49,552 nt of DNA from a virus (taxonomy: Duplodnaviria > Caudoviricetes): positions 1-49,552 of IMG/VR virus record IMGVR_UViG_3300006872_000002, one strand, 5' to 3'. Shown here in pieces: positions 29,773-39,232 of the stretch. Made by a program: the position numbers and the translations under genes. The notes beneath the pieces were generated by a model. The model was not told the DNA's origin. It saw nothing but the letters and a program-made list of their open reading frames with translations, and did no database searches. How positions within the stretch are numbered: the stretch's first letter is position 1; each line of letters begins with the position of its first letter.

Positions 29773-29937
29773 TTACCACTGATCTTCCATGCCAATAGAA
29801 CCCTCAACGATATCCTCTATATCCTGATCGATGGTATCCAGATCATCAAGAAGTTCTTCAAGAGAATCAATGTCACTTTCCTCAAGAATAAGTTCATCTT
29901 CACCCAAAATAGCACGTTTTTCTTTCTGTGTCATCAT
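29773..29937 (-). CDS. Small very acidic protein (54 aa, 20 D/E)
   Basis: Read by hand: MMTQKEKRAILGEDELILEESDIDSLEELLDDLDTIDQDIEDIVEGSIGMEDQW; G-rich RBS. Confidence 0.6.
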   Translation of the reverse strand: MMTQKEKRAILGEDELILEESDIDSLEELLDDLDTIDQDIEDIVEGSIGMEDQW

Positions 29938-29946
29938 ACCCCCCAA

Positions 29947-30477
29947 TTAATTAATAAGATCATACTTTGCATGATTGATCATTTGTTTTGCACTATGTAG
30001 TAAGTAAGGATCTCCTTTTGTTAATACTTCAAGAAGTGCTTCTTTTTCTGGAATATATATTTTTGCAAATTTATTATCATATTTAATAATAGATGGGGTA
30101 TTCGATAATAAGTCTGCAAGTTTTATGGTATGTACCTCACCTGGTGCTTTCGCTAAATTCTGTCTATCCAATTCCTTGCGAACACTTCTGTTTCCATCCT
30201 TTGGTTGACTTACATTGGTCAACCATACGACCATATCTGTAACTGTATTACCAAACTCAAATCTAAGAACCTCTTCACTCACATTGGTGTCTTCTAACAC
30301 ATCATGCAATAATGCTGCCGCAATCATTTCTTCTGTACAATAATTGGTTGATTTAACAATTTTAGCAACCTCTACGGGATGTACAATATATGGTTCAAAC
30401 GTATACTTTCTCAATTGACCAACCGCACTATGAGCAGCAGTTGCAAACAATCTTGCACTTTCTACTAAATTAGTCAT
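29947..30477 (-). CDS. Stand-alone HD-domain (p)ppGpp hydrolase-like protein (SpoT/Mesh1 small alarmone hydrolase)
   Basis: A..AH..Q.RKY..EPYI.HP, AALLHDVLEDT, IKLAD..SN. Confidence 0.85.
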   Translation of the reverse strand: MTNLVESARLFATAAHSAVGQLRKYTFEPYIVHPVEVAKIVKSTNYCTEEMIAAALLHDVLEDTNVSEEVLRFEFGNTVTDMVVWLTNVSQPKDGNRSVRKELDRQNLAKAPGEVHTIKLADLLSNTPSIIKYDNKFAKIYIPEKEALLEVLTKGDPYLLHSAKQMINHAKYDLIN

Positions 30478-30664
30478 GAATCCCCCCCAGTTCCTTTATT
30501 TTTTCAACCGCATCTTCTCTTAATAGATATGGTCCATGCTCCGACCAATCCCCATCTCTATCCCAACCAAATACCATATACGAAACCCAATTGCAACATG
30601 GACACGGATCATTTTCTTGACCCTCTATCCAAAGATCTGGTAACTTTTTATCCACATTCTTCAT
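30470..30664 (-). CDS. Hypothetical protein
   Basis: 64 aa, directly behind a sigma70 promoter. Confidence 0.55.
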   Translation of the reverse strand: MKNVDKKLPDLWIEGQENDPCPCCNWVSYMVFGWDRDGDWSEHGPYLLREDAVEKIKELGGIHD

Positions 30665-30670
30665 AATTCA

Positions 30671-30699
30671 ATATTAACATGGGGGTATCTGGATGTCAA
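30671..30699 (-). promoter_or_regulatory. Sigma70-type promoter (leaderless transcript likely)
   Basis: TTGACA-17-TAATAT with TG; ATG 6 nt after the -10. Confidence 0.65.
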
Positions 30700-30716
30700 C
30701 TTCATAAGTCGTTGAT

Positions 30717-30956
30717 TTATTTGAGAACTTTAACATGATAAATTTGAACTTTACTGTTTCCATCAAATTGTTCATTTTTAGAGATAATTTGAATATCGGC
30801 AAGGTAACAAAACCTATCAAATTCAGTTGAAAATGTGGGGTCATCTGCAAATATCACAAGTTCATCATCTTTTTGTAGGGTGTTCAAAGCCAATCTGGTT
30901 TTCACAATTGGTATTGGACATTTCAATCCTCTACAATTTACAGATATAGTTTTCAT
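30717..30956 (-). CDS. tusA: TusA/SirA sulfur carrier
   Basis: CRGLKCPIPIVKT..AL..L...D.L.I.ADDP (CPxP motif). Confidence 0.85.
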   Translation of the reverse strand: MKTISVNCRGLKCPIPIVKTRLALNTLQKDDELVIFADDPTFSTEFDRFCYLADIQIISKNEQFDGNSKVQIYHVKVLK

Positions 30957-31023
30957 AGTATTGCTAGAGCCGCCCACTGTCAGCGGCTCCGTAATCCCTG
31001 ATTACACATGGTAATAGGGGCAA

Positions 31024-31182
31024 TTATCCCTGTAACAATGTTTTACCACCATCTAACTGTCTTGATTGCTCCTGTGTTGCCTGGACCCTTGCTCTACGTA
31101 AGGCACACAAATCAATATTCAACTGTGCAATCTGTCTTTCCACTTCGTGTATTCTTTGGTCTATGTCCCTAACATCCATCAT
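31024..31182 (-). CDS. Small coiled-coil hypothetical protein
   Basis: Start reassigned to MMDVRD with GGAGG RBS; KTLLQG ending. Confidence 0.55.
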   Translation of the reverse strand: MMDVRDIDQRIHEVERQIAQLNIDLCALRRARVQATQEQSRQLDGGKTLLQG

Positions 31183-31342
31183 TGGGGTCATCCTCCCACA
31201 TGTCAAATCCATTGCATTCGTTTTTATTATCATTCCTTTTATGCTTAGTCTTCTTATGGCTATTTTTACGAAATTCCTCTTCTTTGTTACCATGACCAAA
31301 CTTTGTCTTACGAGTGACAACTAACTCACTACTACCATGCAT
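31169..31342 (-). CDS. Small hypothetical protein (57 aa)
   Basis: Read by hand: MHGSSELVVTRKTKFGHG...; GGAGG RBS. Confidence 0.5.
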   Translation of the reverse strand: MHGSSELVVTRKTKFGHGNKEEEFRKNSHKKTKHKRNDNKNECNGFDMWEDDPNDGC

Positions 31343-31353
31343 GATGGTACCTC

Positions 31354-32001
31354 CTAGAATTTAGTAAATAATTTATCTGCCAGTCTAAGTTTTACTGCTT
31401 CCTCCGCTGTCAGCCAGGCATCGGATGGGCGTAACAACTTTTTTTCTACAACACGCTTACTAATCCGGCAGTATGTAGTAAGCAAACTATTAATTCTGTT
31501 TCTACAGAATTCCAATTCTTTCATCCCTGCTTGAAGTTCATGCTCCTTACCCTCCATATCAGAATAAAATTGATGCATCATGATTCCAGCATGTCGAGCA
31601 AGATATCTATGACCTCGTTGACCACATGCAAGTATTAGTGCAGCAGCGGACATAACATTACCAATACCCACAGTTGCAACTGGATACTTTGATGCATGCA
31701 TCACATCAATGAGGGCAAATGCATTATATAAATCACCACCACCAGAATTAATATACAGAGTTAATTGTCTTTTCTTTTCTTTTGGATCTACTTCCTTGAC
31801 ATTTTCTGCAATAATCCATTGAATTGCTTTTCCAATTGTTTCGTAATTTATTTCACCTTGTAAGTAATGTGAGTGGTTATTGATTAGTGCTGCTTGAATT
31901 GGGTCACAGTCATCACCACCCTCACTAATCATGAAAATTGGTTGGTTGTTGTGTTGAATGTCAACATCTTCTTTTTTATCTGGTTGGTTTGTGTTTGCCA
32001 C
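31354..32001 (-). CDS. clpP: ClpP-like protease subunit
   Basis: LYINSGGG, G.VMSAA (Ser), IMMHQ (His), D.WLTAEEAV (Asp). Confidence 0.9.
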   Translation of the reverse strand: MANTNQPDKKEDVDIQHNNQPIFMISEGGDDCDPIQAALINNHSHYLQGEINYETIGKAIQWIIAENVKEVDPKEKKRQLTLYINSGGGDLYNAFALIDVMHASKYPVATVGIGNVMSAAALILACGQRGHRYLARHAGIMMHQFYSDMEGKEHELQAGMKELEFCRNRINSLLTTYCRISKRVVEKKLLRPSDAWLTAEEAVKLRLADKLFTKF

Positions 32002-32690
32002 GGATATGCTCCTTGGTAAAATTCTTGTGTAATTTGATTTCCTTTTAGGAACATTTCCTTATTTGCAGAAGAAGTCTCACCACCAACTCTATAATTGAGA
32101 GTATATGTTCCAGTGCACCCGAAATTTGGTGCAAACTTCTTCACTGCAGAAAAGAATTGTCTATCTGCTCCCCACTGACCATACCAATTGTGACCAACTT
32201 TCACAGCAAGAGACCTTGGAATAGCAAAACAACCAGTATCTATGTGATATGTTCCACTGTTACCAAATACTTGCCAGAGTCCCAAACTTTCACAATTATC
32301 TTGGCATACAAATGAACCGTCTATGTCCACAATATTTCTAAGAGTAAATGCCCATTGATGGGTATTTAGAGTCTTTAATAATGATTCAATATGGTTAGGT
32401 TCCACCCAATTATCTTCATCCAAATAACATAGGTAATCCTCGTTCACCAAAAAAGATGCTGCTGCATACACCCTATGACCATACCACCCTCTACCTACAT
32501 TTTTTTGTAGAGAAATAAGTTTCTGTTGATCTGTGAAACCCACGGTTTTCAAAATATTTGTTATTTTGTCGAAATGTTCTTCTCCATCCATTACGATGTA
32601 ATGAACACAATCTTGACCACGAACCGATTCAATACACTTGGCCAAGTATTTTGTTCCTATTGTTGGAGTGATTACAGCAAATGAAGGCAT
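31929..32690 (-). CDS. Glycosyltransferase family 2
   Basis: VITPT.....LA.CIESV..Q, YLCYLDEDN (DxD), IDT.CF, WGADR. Confidence 0.85.
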   Translation of the reverse strand: MPSFAVITPTIGTKYLAKCIESVRGQDCVHYIVMDGEEHFDKITNILKTVGFTDQQKLISLQKNVGRGWYGHRVYAAASFLVNEDYLCYLDEDNWVEPNHIESLLKTLNTHQWAFTLRNIVDIDGSFVCQDNCESLGLWQVFGNSGTYHIDTGCFAIPRSLAVKVGHNWYGQWGADRQFFSAVKKFAPNFGCTGTYTLNYRVGGETSSANKEMFLKGNQITQEFYQGAYPWQTQTNQIKKKMLTFNTTTNQFS

Positions 32691-32692
32691 GA

Positions 32693-33196
32693 TTACTGTC
32701 CTGTCACCTTTTGAAGATTTGTTTTTTGACCATCATCTTTCTTCTCTTCCATACTCCACGGCATAGTGGGAAACGCCTCTTTTACGAGATTGGCTGTCAA
32801 GTATTTCACTCCCAAATTTTTCTTTAAAAGACCCACCAACAACAAGGCTTCATCTTTATGAAGGGATGTTAGTAGAGCATAAAGAATTCGTGATTCTTTT
32901 TTAGGATCGAGTTTAGCAGTTCTTTTGGGGTGTCCCTGAATAAAAATATACAACCTACGAAGTTCATTATTTAATGATGTGATAGACAAACCAGCAGGAT
33001 CAATCGATGGTGTAAAATCTGGAATAGCATGAATATCAAACTTGATAAGTGGATTAAATGCGTAATTCAAGAATTCCTTAAACCAAATGTTATCGTTTCC
33101 ATACTTCCTCAATACTTCAAGTCGGGATTCTCTATTTTTCTTTTCATTAAACTCTGAAAATATTTCACTGAATAACATATTCGTATACTTTGCCAT
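32693..33196 (-). CDS. Conserved T4-like hypothetical protein
   Basis: L..E.RRLY.F, L..LH.DEA.LL, LVKEAFP; usual neighbour of rnh. Confidence 0.75.
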   Translation of the reverse strand: MAKYTNMLFSEIFSEFNEKKNRESRLEVLRKYGNDNIWFKEFLNYAFNPLIKFDIHAIPDFTPSIDPAGLSITSLNNELRRLYIFIQGHPKRTAKLDPKKESRILYALLTSLHKDEALLLVGLLKKNLGVKYLTANLVKEAFPTMPWSMEEKKDDGQKTNLQKVTGQ

Positions 33197-33207
33197 AGTT
33201 TCCTCCG

Positions 33208-34062
33208 TTAAAAATCCGTTGCAGATGAAGTCAATTCTTTCAATCCAGAAGCAACCAAATAATTGAAAAATTCCAATCGTGATGCTGGTTTGACACTCTC
33301 ATACTGGCTCATGATACTTGTTGAAATATGTAATGGGATGTGTGATAGATCAATAAGTTGTTCATTTCGTCTATAATTCCTAAGCATTTCTGGTGTGGTG
33401 CAAAATTCCTCAGGTTTTTGTTGCAACCATTTAATTACGTTTGTTTCTCGTATTGGTTTTTGTCTTCCCCCACTTACAAATACATCGTCTGGTGACAGGA
33501 TATTCGGAATACCATCACCACTATCACCACGAATAATATGTTGCTTCAAAGTCAAGTCTGGTGTTCTATCAATAATGGGATTCTTGGTAAATGGAGACCT
33601 CTGTTCAACGTTTGCATGTGATAGTTGTAATTGGATAAAATCTTTATCGCCCGACAATATCAGAACTGGTGCCCCCATTCGTTGATTAACTGTCAAACAC
33701 CCAATTATGTCATCCGCTTCTGCTCCTGGAACAGATATTACTTTATAAGGAAGATATGTTTGGAATTCAGTCTTAAGAGTATCTATACAAGTAAAAATAG
33801 ACTTCCAATCAAATTGAGAACTATCCCTTGATTTCTTTCTATTCGCCTTATAGTAGGGGAATTGTTCCTTTCTCCAATAGGTATCAGAGTCAAATGCAAC
33901 TACTACTTCACCATATGCTAATTTACTCTTTTTTACATTTGCACGAATGGTATTTAATATCATATGCCGAACAAGTTCTAGTTCGGCTTTAGTGGTTTTT
34001 GACATCACCAAAAATTCAATAGTACAAGCATACGCAATTTGATTAAAATCTATCAATATCAT
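33208..34062 (-). CDS. rnh: T4-type RNase H / 5'-3' exonuclease
   Basis: ILIDF.Q, YWRK..FP.YK.NRK, EADDIIG, SGDKDF.QL, GD.GDGIPN. Confidence 0.93.
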   Translation of the reverse strand: MILIDFNQIAYACTIEFLVMSKTTKAELELVRHMILNTIRANVKKSKLAYGEVVVAFDSDTYWRKEQFPYYKANRKKSRDSSQFDWKSIFTCIDTLKTEFQTYLPYKVISVPGAEADDIIGCLTVNQRMGAPVLILSGDKDFIQLQLSHANVEQRSPFTKNPIIDRTPDLTLKQHIIRGDSGDGIPNILSPDDVFVSGGRQKPIRETNVIKWLQQKPEEFCTTPEMLRNYRRNEQLIDLSHIPLHISTSIMSQYESVKPASRLEFFNYLVASGLKELTSSATDF

Positions 34063-34856
34063 ATTGTTGCTCTCATAATAATGGTTTGAGAATTAATACG
34101 TCCAGTAACCCTTGAATCCTTTGTAGTCAATTCATTCAACAACCCCTTTAATGCACCATTACTTAGCGCAACAACTTTGGGTAGAACTAACTCCGGTTTT
34201 CTCAATTTTTTTGACTTGGATTTTTCCTCGCAATAATTTTCAATTGAACAACGATTCATCATCAATCCACCATCGGTTTTTGAAACATATTGTGTCAACA
34301 TTCTGGTTGGAACATGATAGGTCCATAATGTTGAGGCGCCAATAATATGTACAGGATCAATAGATTTTACACCAGACTCCTTATCTATTTCTAGATATTT
34401 TACATGCTTAACTTGCATTTCTGGTGAAATATATTTTTTCTTTCTGGGTGTCTTTTGTAGTGTTTGTTTGGGTAGTGTTACATCTGTTGTTTTTTCAGAA
34501 GTAGGTTTGACAACCTTTAATTTTGGTTGGGTGGGTTCTGGAGTATATGCTTTCATCTGAGATAACCGCAACCCAAACCATGTCATAGAACGATCATCCA
34601 AAACAGCACCCCTCATCAACATTCTCGCAACAAATCCCAACGTAGGGACTTGAACACTAATTTGATCGTCCGTGGCATTTATTCCTTGTTCCTTACAATA
34701 CTGCTTTAAATACTTATGAGAATGTTCTTTTTCTTTATTTTGCGAATACCAATTTAATGCAAGAACAATTTGGATTTTTTCTGCAGGAACCATGGGTTGA
34801 AATTCAGGCTCATCCTTATCAACAAGACGATCACTAATCCTTTGTTGCATTATCAT
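34059..34856 (-). CDS. Conserved T4-like hypothetical protein
   Basis: ALNWY, SI.P..I.GA..LW.Y....R.L..Y, K.LRKP, GRIN motifs. Confidence 0.75.
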   Translation of the reverse strand: MIMQQRISDRLVDKDEPEFQPMVPAEKIQIVLALNWYSQNKEKEHSHKYLKQYCKEQGINATDDQISVQVPTLGFVARMLMRGAVLDDRSMTWFGLRLSQMKAYTPEPTQPKLKVVKPTSEKTTDVTLPKQTLQKTPRKKKYISPEMQVKHVKYLEIDKESGVKSIDPVHIIGASTLWTYHVPTRMLTQYVSKTDGGLMMNRCSIENYCEEKSKSKKLRKPELVLPKVVALSNGALKGLLNELTTKDSRVTGRINSQTIIMRATI

Positions 34857-35124
34857 ACCTCACATCAAAAACAACTTCCTCAATCTTCGCTCTCATCACA
34901 TCCAAATCACTGAACCCATGACATTTTAACCAATTTAACTCATTCACTGCACTGACTACTAGACTTTTTGCAACATCTTCTGAAGAAAAATGATTTGTTG
35001 CGTAACACAATATTTTATCTCCATATACGGGATCACCGTCAATGCAGGAAAAAGTCCATCCATTTCCCAATAACTCTACTGCTTTTTTATTTGTTCTCGT
35101 TGTCCCTTTATGGTTATATGACAT
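34834..35124 (-). CDS. Hypothetical protein
   Basis: 96 aa ORF in operon. Confidence 0.55.
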   Translation of the reverse strand: MSYNHKGTTRTNKKAVELLGNGWTFSCIDGDPVYGDKILCYATNHFSSEDVAKSLVVSAVNELNWLKCHGFSDLDVMRAKIEEVVFDVRYDNATKD

Positions 35125-35134
35125 TCAAAATCAT

Positions 35135-35608
35135 TCATAATAATCCCATTACATTAACAGTTTTAATAATAGTTTTGGTATCATCATCCACTGTAATTCT
35201 ATTATGAACCACATCATCTATCAAAACACTTGCTTGGCCAACATGATTATCATGACACCAATCATGAAATGAACACTCTTTTCCATGATCCAGAATAAAA
35301 TCACTGATATCGTTGAAACGTAATCTTGGTTTATTGACCTTATTAGTAGATTTCATCATTTCAGGTACAGTGATAATTCGATCAAACTTACAATCCAACA
35401 AATTCTCAAGGTAACGTCTGAGAATTGTATTAAACCTCAAAATATCTTTGTCATCATAAATCGCAAAACTAAACAGAAAAAACTTATCCTGAGATGTATT
35501 CAATGTATCAATAAAATTTCGTATCGCAACACAATGTTGTGTTTTTACAACTGGAGAATCATGAAACTCATCAATCAGAGTTTCCTCTAAATCCAAAAAG
35601 ATATTCAT
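35135..35608 (-). CDS. HAD-like hypothetical protein
   Basis: IFLDLEETL (DxE motif I) and VLIDD. Confidence 0.55.
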   Translation of the reverse strand: MNIFLDLEETLIDEFHDSPVVKTQHCVAIRNFIDTLNTSQDKFFLFSFAIYDDKDILRFNTILRRYLENLLDCKFDRIITVPEMMKSTNKVNKPRLRFNDISDFILDHGKECSFHDWCHDNHVGQASVLIDDVVHNRITVDDDTKTIIKTVNVMGLL

Positions 35609-35612
35609 AACA

Positions 35613-35963
35613 TCACATGTAAAAATCCATATAATTATAATCTTTATCTTCCTCTTCGGACCAAATTGCCGCCATCAAATCTCCCCATGCACGCCACGAT
35701 AGACACAAATACTTTCCATTTGAAAATTTAGGAACACCTGAATTATTTTGATGTTCCTCTCCAGTAAATTTGTAATTATTCTTTACCACCTCTTCTCGTA
35801 TGGCTTCAAGATATGGATGGGCTTCTGGTTGAAAATGACTCAAATAATCATTCCAACGAAGTCCATATGTCTTAAAATTAAACCATCCACCCGTCCATCC
35901 CCAAACCAATTCATCATTATCTGGAACATCTGATAAATCAACCCATTCCGCAACAATAATCAT
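35613..35963 (-). CDS. Hypothetical phage protein
   Basis: TG.EHQ...GVP.FS.G....LSWRAWGDLMAAIW...Y.DFYM. Confidence 0.65.
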   Translation of the reverse strand: MIIVAEWVDLSDVPDNDELVWGWTGGWFNFKTYGLRWNDYLSHFQPEAHPYLEAIREEVVKNNYKFTGEEHQNNSGVPKFSNGKYLCLSWRAWGDLMAAIWSEEEDKDYNYMDFYM

Positions 35964-35965
35964 GT

Positions 35966-37150
35966 TCACCCCTTTACACAAAGGACTTGACGAAGTTCTG
36001 CAACCACAGTGACCAAATCATTTTGGTCCATCATCACTTGATCGATTGGTTTGTATGCAGCGGGAATTTCATCAACCACACCTGCATCTTTACGACACAC
36101 AATACCTTCTGTCTGCTTAACCACATCCTCTGCAGTGTAAAGTGACTTTGCTTTACCTCGTGACAATTGGCGACCTGCGCCATGTGAACAGGAACAAAAA
36201 GAATCAGGATTCCCTAATCCTTGCACAATGTATGAACGGGTACCCATTGAACCAGGAATAATACCCAAATCATCCATGCGAGCCCTCACTGCACCCTTTC
36301 TAGTAACAATGACATTCTCTCCAAAATGATTCTCACGTTCTGCGTAGTTATGGTGACAATTGACCATTGTGATTGGTTCAAGTCGGTCATCACCAACGAA
36401 ACTTGATATTTCGTCAAGAACTAATGACATCATAATTTCACGATTTTTCATAGCATAAGACTGTGCCCACTGCAAATCCGACCAATAAGCATTGAATAAT
36501 TCATGTCCCTCTGGCAAATATGCCAAATCTGGGTTTTCTAATTTAATCATGAATGTCTTCATTAATTCTTTTGCTCGATCAATGTAATAATTTCCAATAA
36601 CATTTCCAATTCCACGAGAACCAGAATGCAACACTACCCACACATTATCTTGTGTGTCCAGACACACTTCAATAAAATGGTTCCCCCCACCCAATGTTCC
36701 CATCTGTGACAACATCTTATCCTGTCGATCTTTTTTCACTTCCACAGGAAGAGAGTTGAACCCCCTAAGACCCTTCCAGAAAAGAGTATGGTTCACTGGG
36801 GTTTTATGTTGATCCTGCCCAACCGGAACGGCTTTAGAAATATAAGAAAATAAATCATCCAAATTATCTGGTAAATGTTGACCTTTGAGAGGAAGCATCG
36901 CTGCCATCATCCCACATCCAATATCCACACCCACTGCAGCAGGGACCAATGCTCCCTTCGTTGCAACAACAGATCCAACAGTAGCACCCTTACCATAGTG
37001 GACATCAGGCATCGCAGCAACATGTTTAAAGACAAATGGTAGTCCTGCAGTCTGTCTCAATTGGACTTCAGACTGAGAATCCACATTATTGGTCCAGATC
37101 TTAACTGGAACCGTCTGTTTTTCTCCTGTTAACACCTTTGCAACTGGCAT
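35966..37150 (-). CDS. rtcB: RtcB RNA ligase
   Basis: MPDVH.G.GAT.G, GVDIGCGM, GTLGGGNHF.E, LHSGSRG, CHHNY, PGSMG, SCSHGAGR, DE.P.AYK. Confidence 0.96.
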   Translation of the reverse strand: MPVAKVLTGEKQTVPVKIWTNNVDSQSEVQLRQTAGLPFVFKHVAAMPDVHYGKGATVGSVVATKGALVPAAVGVDIGCGMMAAMLPLKGQHLPDNLDDLFSYISKAVPVGQDQHKTPVNHTLFWKGLRGFNSLPVEVKKDRQDKMLSQMGTLGGGNHFIEVCLDTQDNVWVVLHSGSRGIGNVIGNYYIDRAKELMKTFMIKLENPDLAYLPEGHELFNAYWSDLQWAQSYAMKNREIMMSLVLDEISSFVGDDRLEPITMVNCHHNYAERENHFGENVIVTRKGAVRARMDDLGIIPGSMGTRSYIVQGLGNPDSFCSCSHGAGRQLSRGKAKSLYTAEDVVKQTEGIVCRKDAGVVDEIPAAYKPIDQVMMDQNDLVTVVAELRQVLCVKG

Positions 37151-37171
37151 GATATCTCCCTATTCAATTTA

Positions 37172-37199
37172 ATTATACCAAATTCTACGTCTTTGTCAA
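37172..37199 (-). promoter_or_regulatory. Strong sigma70-type promoter of rtcB
   Basis: TTGACA-16-TATAAT with TG. Confidence 0.75.
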
Positions 37200-37505
37200 C
37201 TCCATAAGTCTCTCATAATTGATGAATCGAGTCATATCATCAAGTCTTTGATTTGAGTACATATCTTTACAAAATTCATCAAACAACTCATCTTTCGACA
37301 ATGTTATTGTACCAGATCCACAGCAAAATTCACACTCTTCTAAATTGTCGAATTCATTACGAAATACCCCACGACCAGAACAAGATTCACACTCCCCAGA
37401 AACCTCATCCTCTACTCTATTAGATTGGTCAAACTCTTTCTTCAATTCATAATAATGCAATCGAGTCCAATCTTTTTGGTCCATAGTCTTTGAACTAAAA
37501 GACAT
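37185..37505 (-). CDS. Hypothetical protein with CxxCxGxG zinc motif
   Basis: CESCSGRG...CEFCCGSG. Confidence 0.6.
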   Translation of the reverse strand: MSFSSKTMDQKDWTRLHYYELKKEFDQSNRVEDEVSGECESCSGRGVFRNEFDNLEECEFCCGSGTITLSKDELFDEFCKDMYSNQRLDDMTRFINYERLMELTKT

Positions 37506-37692
37506 AATGGTTCCTCTTGGATTGATAATGTTCCGTAATCCATTTTACTTGACGTGGTGACAGTGCTTCATGAACAAATCCTGTCAATGAGTTAAATAGA
37601 ATCACCTCACCATGTAGGACCTTTAACTCTTGATTATGAAATTCCCAAACCAATGTCAAATCTTTATCTGAATAAACTTCATTCGCTTTCAT
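37495..37692 (-). CDS. Hypothetical protein
   Basis: MKANEV start with GGAGG RBS and TAATG overlap. Confidence 0.55.
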   Translation of the reverse strand: MKANEVYSDKDLTLVWEFHNQELKVLHGEVILFNSLTGFVHEALSPRQVKWITEHYQSKRNHYVF

Positions 37693-38102
37693 TATTGCCT
37701 CCATAGTTTATTAAACTCACTTGTTGCCCAATGCAAAAAGTTCAATCCTGCATCCGTGGTAAAATATTTGTAATTACCCTGTCTCACAGTCTCCCACATG
37801 CACAATGATTTTTTATAATTGTCTTTTTTACTTTTAATTTCTTCCTCTTGCATTTTAACTTTTTCTAACTCTTTTGCAATACATTCTTCTTGTTTATCAG
37901 ACTCACATTCTAATTTTGAAATAGTAGAGTTTAAATTAACAATTTCCTGACGCAAATCAGTAATTATTTTTTCATGTTCAATAACATCAAAAGATTTACT
38001 ATTGGCTATATCCCTGGCTTCCCTAAGATCTATTTTTAGATTATGAATATAATCTTTGAGTTCTTCAATTTCCTCAAGAAAATCTTCATTGGTTTTATTC
38101 AT
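37692..38102 (-). CDS. Coiled-coil hypothetical protein
   Basis: MNKTNEDF start overlapping the ligase stop. Confidence 0.6.
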   Translation of the reverse strand: MNKTNEDFLEEIEELKDYIHNLKIDLREARDIANSKSFDVIEHEKIITDLRQEIVNLNSTISKLECESDKQEECIAKELEKVKMQEEEIKSKKDNYKKSLCMWETVRQGNYKYFTTDAGLNFLHWATSEFNKLWRQ

Positions 38103-39231
38103 AATCCCTAACCACAATACCAACTGGGAAAATTGGTATTCCCTCATCAGAAAGGCTTTGATAACGAACAGTTAATTGTTTCCCAATGAATTCCTTACGA
38201 TTATTCCACTGATGTTCTCGTTCCTTCATGGTCGCTTTACAACGAACATCAAATGTTCCATCACCATACACACCACCAGTCTTACTCTTTGACTGGCAGC
38301 GGAATATTGCTTTGTGTTCGTCTTTACCCTTTCCATCCTTACATCCAACAATCACAAATTCTTCATCAATAAAATCCTTATACTTCTGCAACTGATTATG
38401 TCGATATTGGAAGCAATAGGGGTCATTTGAACCAGATCGTACAATAGATCCCTCATATCCCTTTTCCACATACACCCCATGCAATGCTTTCAACTCAGTC
38501 TCATTTGCAACAAGTTGTGTAGATACGAATGAAAAATATGGAGCATTGATACCATTACGAAGTGCATATTTCCAATCAATATATCGTTCTTTGAACCCAC
38601 CATCACCTGCTCGATCATAACAATGGAAATGAACATACTTTTTCAGTGTGTCAAGATCTGGTGTCTTTTCGTCCTTGATTGCAGAAATTAATTGTTGAAA
38701 TGTCAAATCTCCATGATTATACATTTCACCATCAAGTATTTCACCATCTTTCATGATATTCAAAAATTGTGGATCCATATACAAGGTGAAATTCTTATAC
38801 AATTTTCCTTTCCTGGACAAATAGATAATCTGATCTTTGATACGACAAACCATACAACGAACCCCATTGAGTTTTGGTTGTACATATGCTGGCCAAACAA
38901 TATATTTCTTACGCTCATTATATTTTTGAGCCAGCATAGGAAGAAGTTGCAATTCACCATTCAATTTAGATTCATCCTGAACGTAATTTTTATCAAGTTG
39001 TTTGTTCCACTTAGATTCTGCTTCCATACAAGCCTGTGTAAAATGATTCGTCTCATTAGAACGTCCAATATTTTTCCCCTCGGTGACTTTCTGAGAGGAT
39101 ACTTGAATCTTTCCATTTTTTTGACCATGCTTCACCACAATCAATGAAAAATCATTTTTCTTTTGAACAGAGATTTCCCATTGTTTAATTGCACCACCAG
39201 AAGATTTTCCATACAAAATGGGATACGTCAT
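38095..39231 (-). CDS. lig: ATP-dependent DNA ligase
   Basis: PMLA, QPKLNGVRC (KxNG), LDGE.Y, GYEG.IVR, L.KYK.F.D.EF, LTVRYQ......P.FP. Confidence 0.9.
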   Translation of the reverse strand: MTYPILYGKSSGGAIKQWEISVQKKNDFSLIVVKHGQKNGKIQVSSQKVTEGKNIGRSNETNHFTQACMEAESKWNKQLDKNYVQDESKLNGELQLLPMLAQKYNERKKYIVWPAYVQPKLNGVRCMVCRIKDQIIYLSRKGKLYKNFTLYMDPQFLNIMKDGEILDGEMYNHGDLTFQQLISAIKDEKTPDLDTLKKYVHFHCYDRAGDGGFKERYIDWKYALRNGINAPYFSFVSTQLVANETELKALHGVYVEKGYEGSIVRSGSNDPYCFQYRHNQLQKYKDFIDEEFVIVGCKDGKGKDEHKAIFRCQSKSKTGGVYGDGTFDVRCKATMKEREHQWNNRKEFIGKQLTVRYQSLSDEGIPIFPVGIVVRDYE

Positions 39232-39232
39232 C

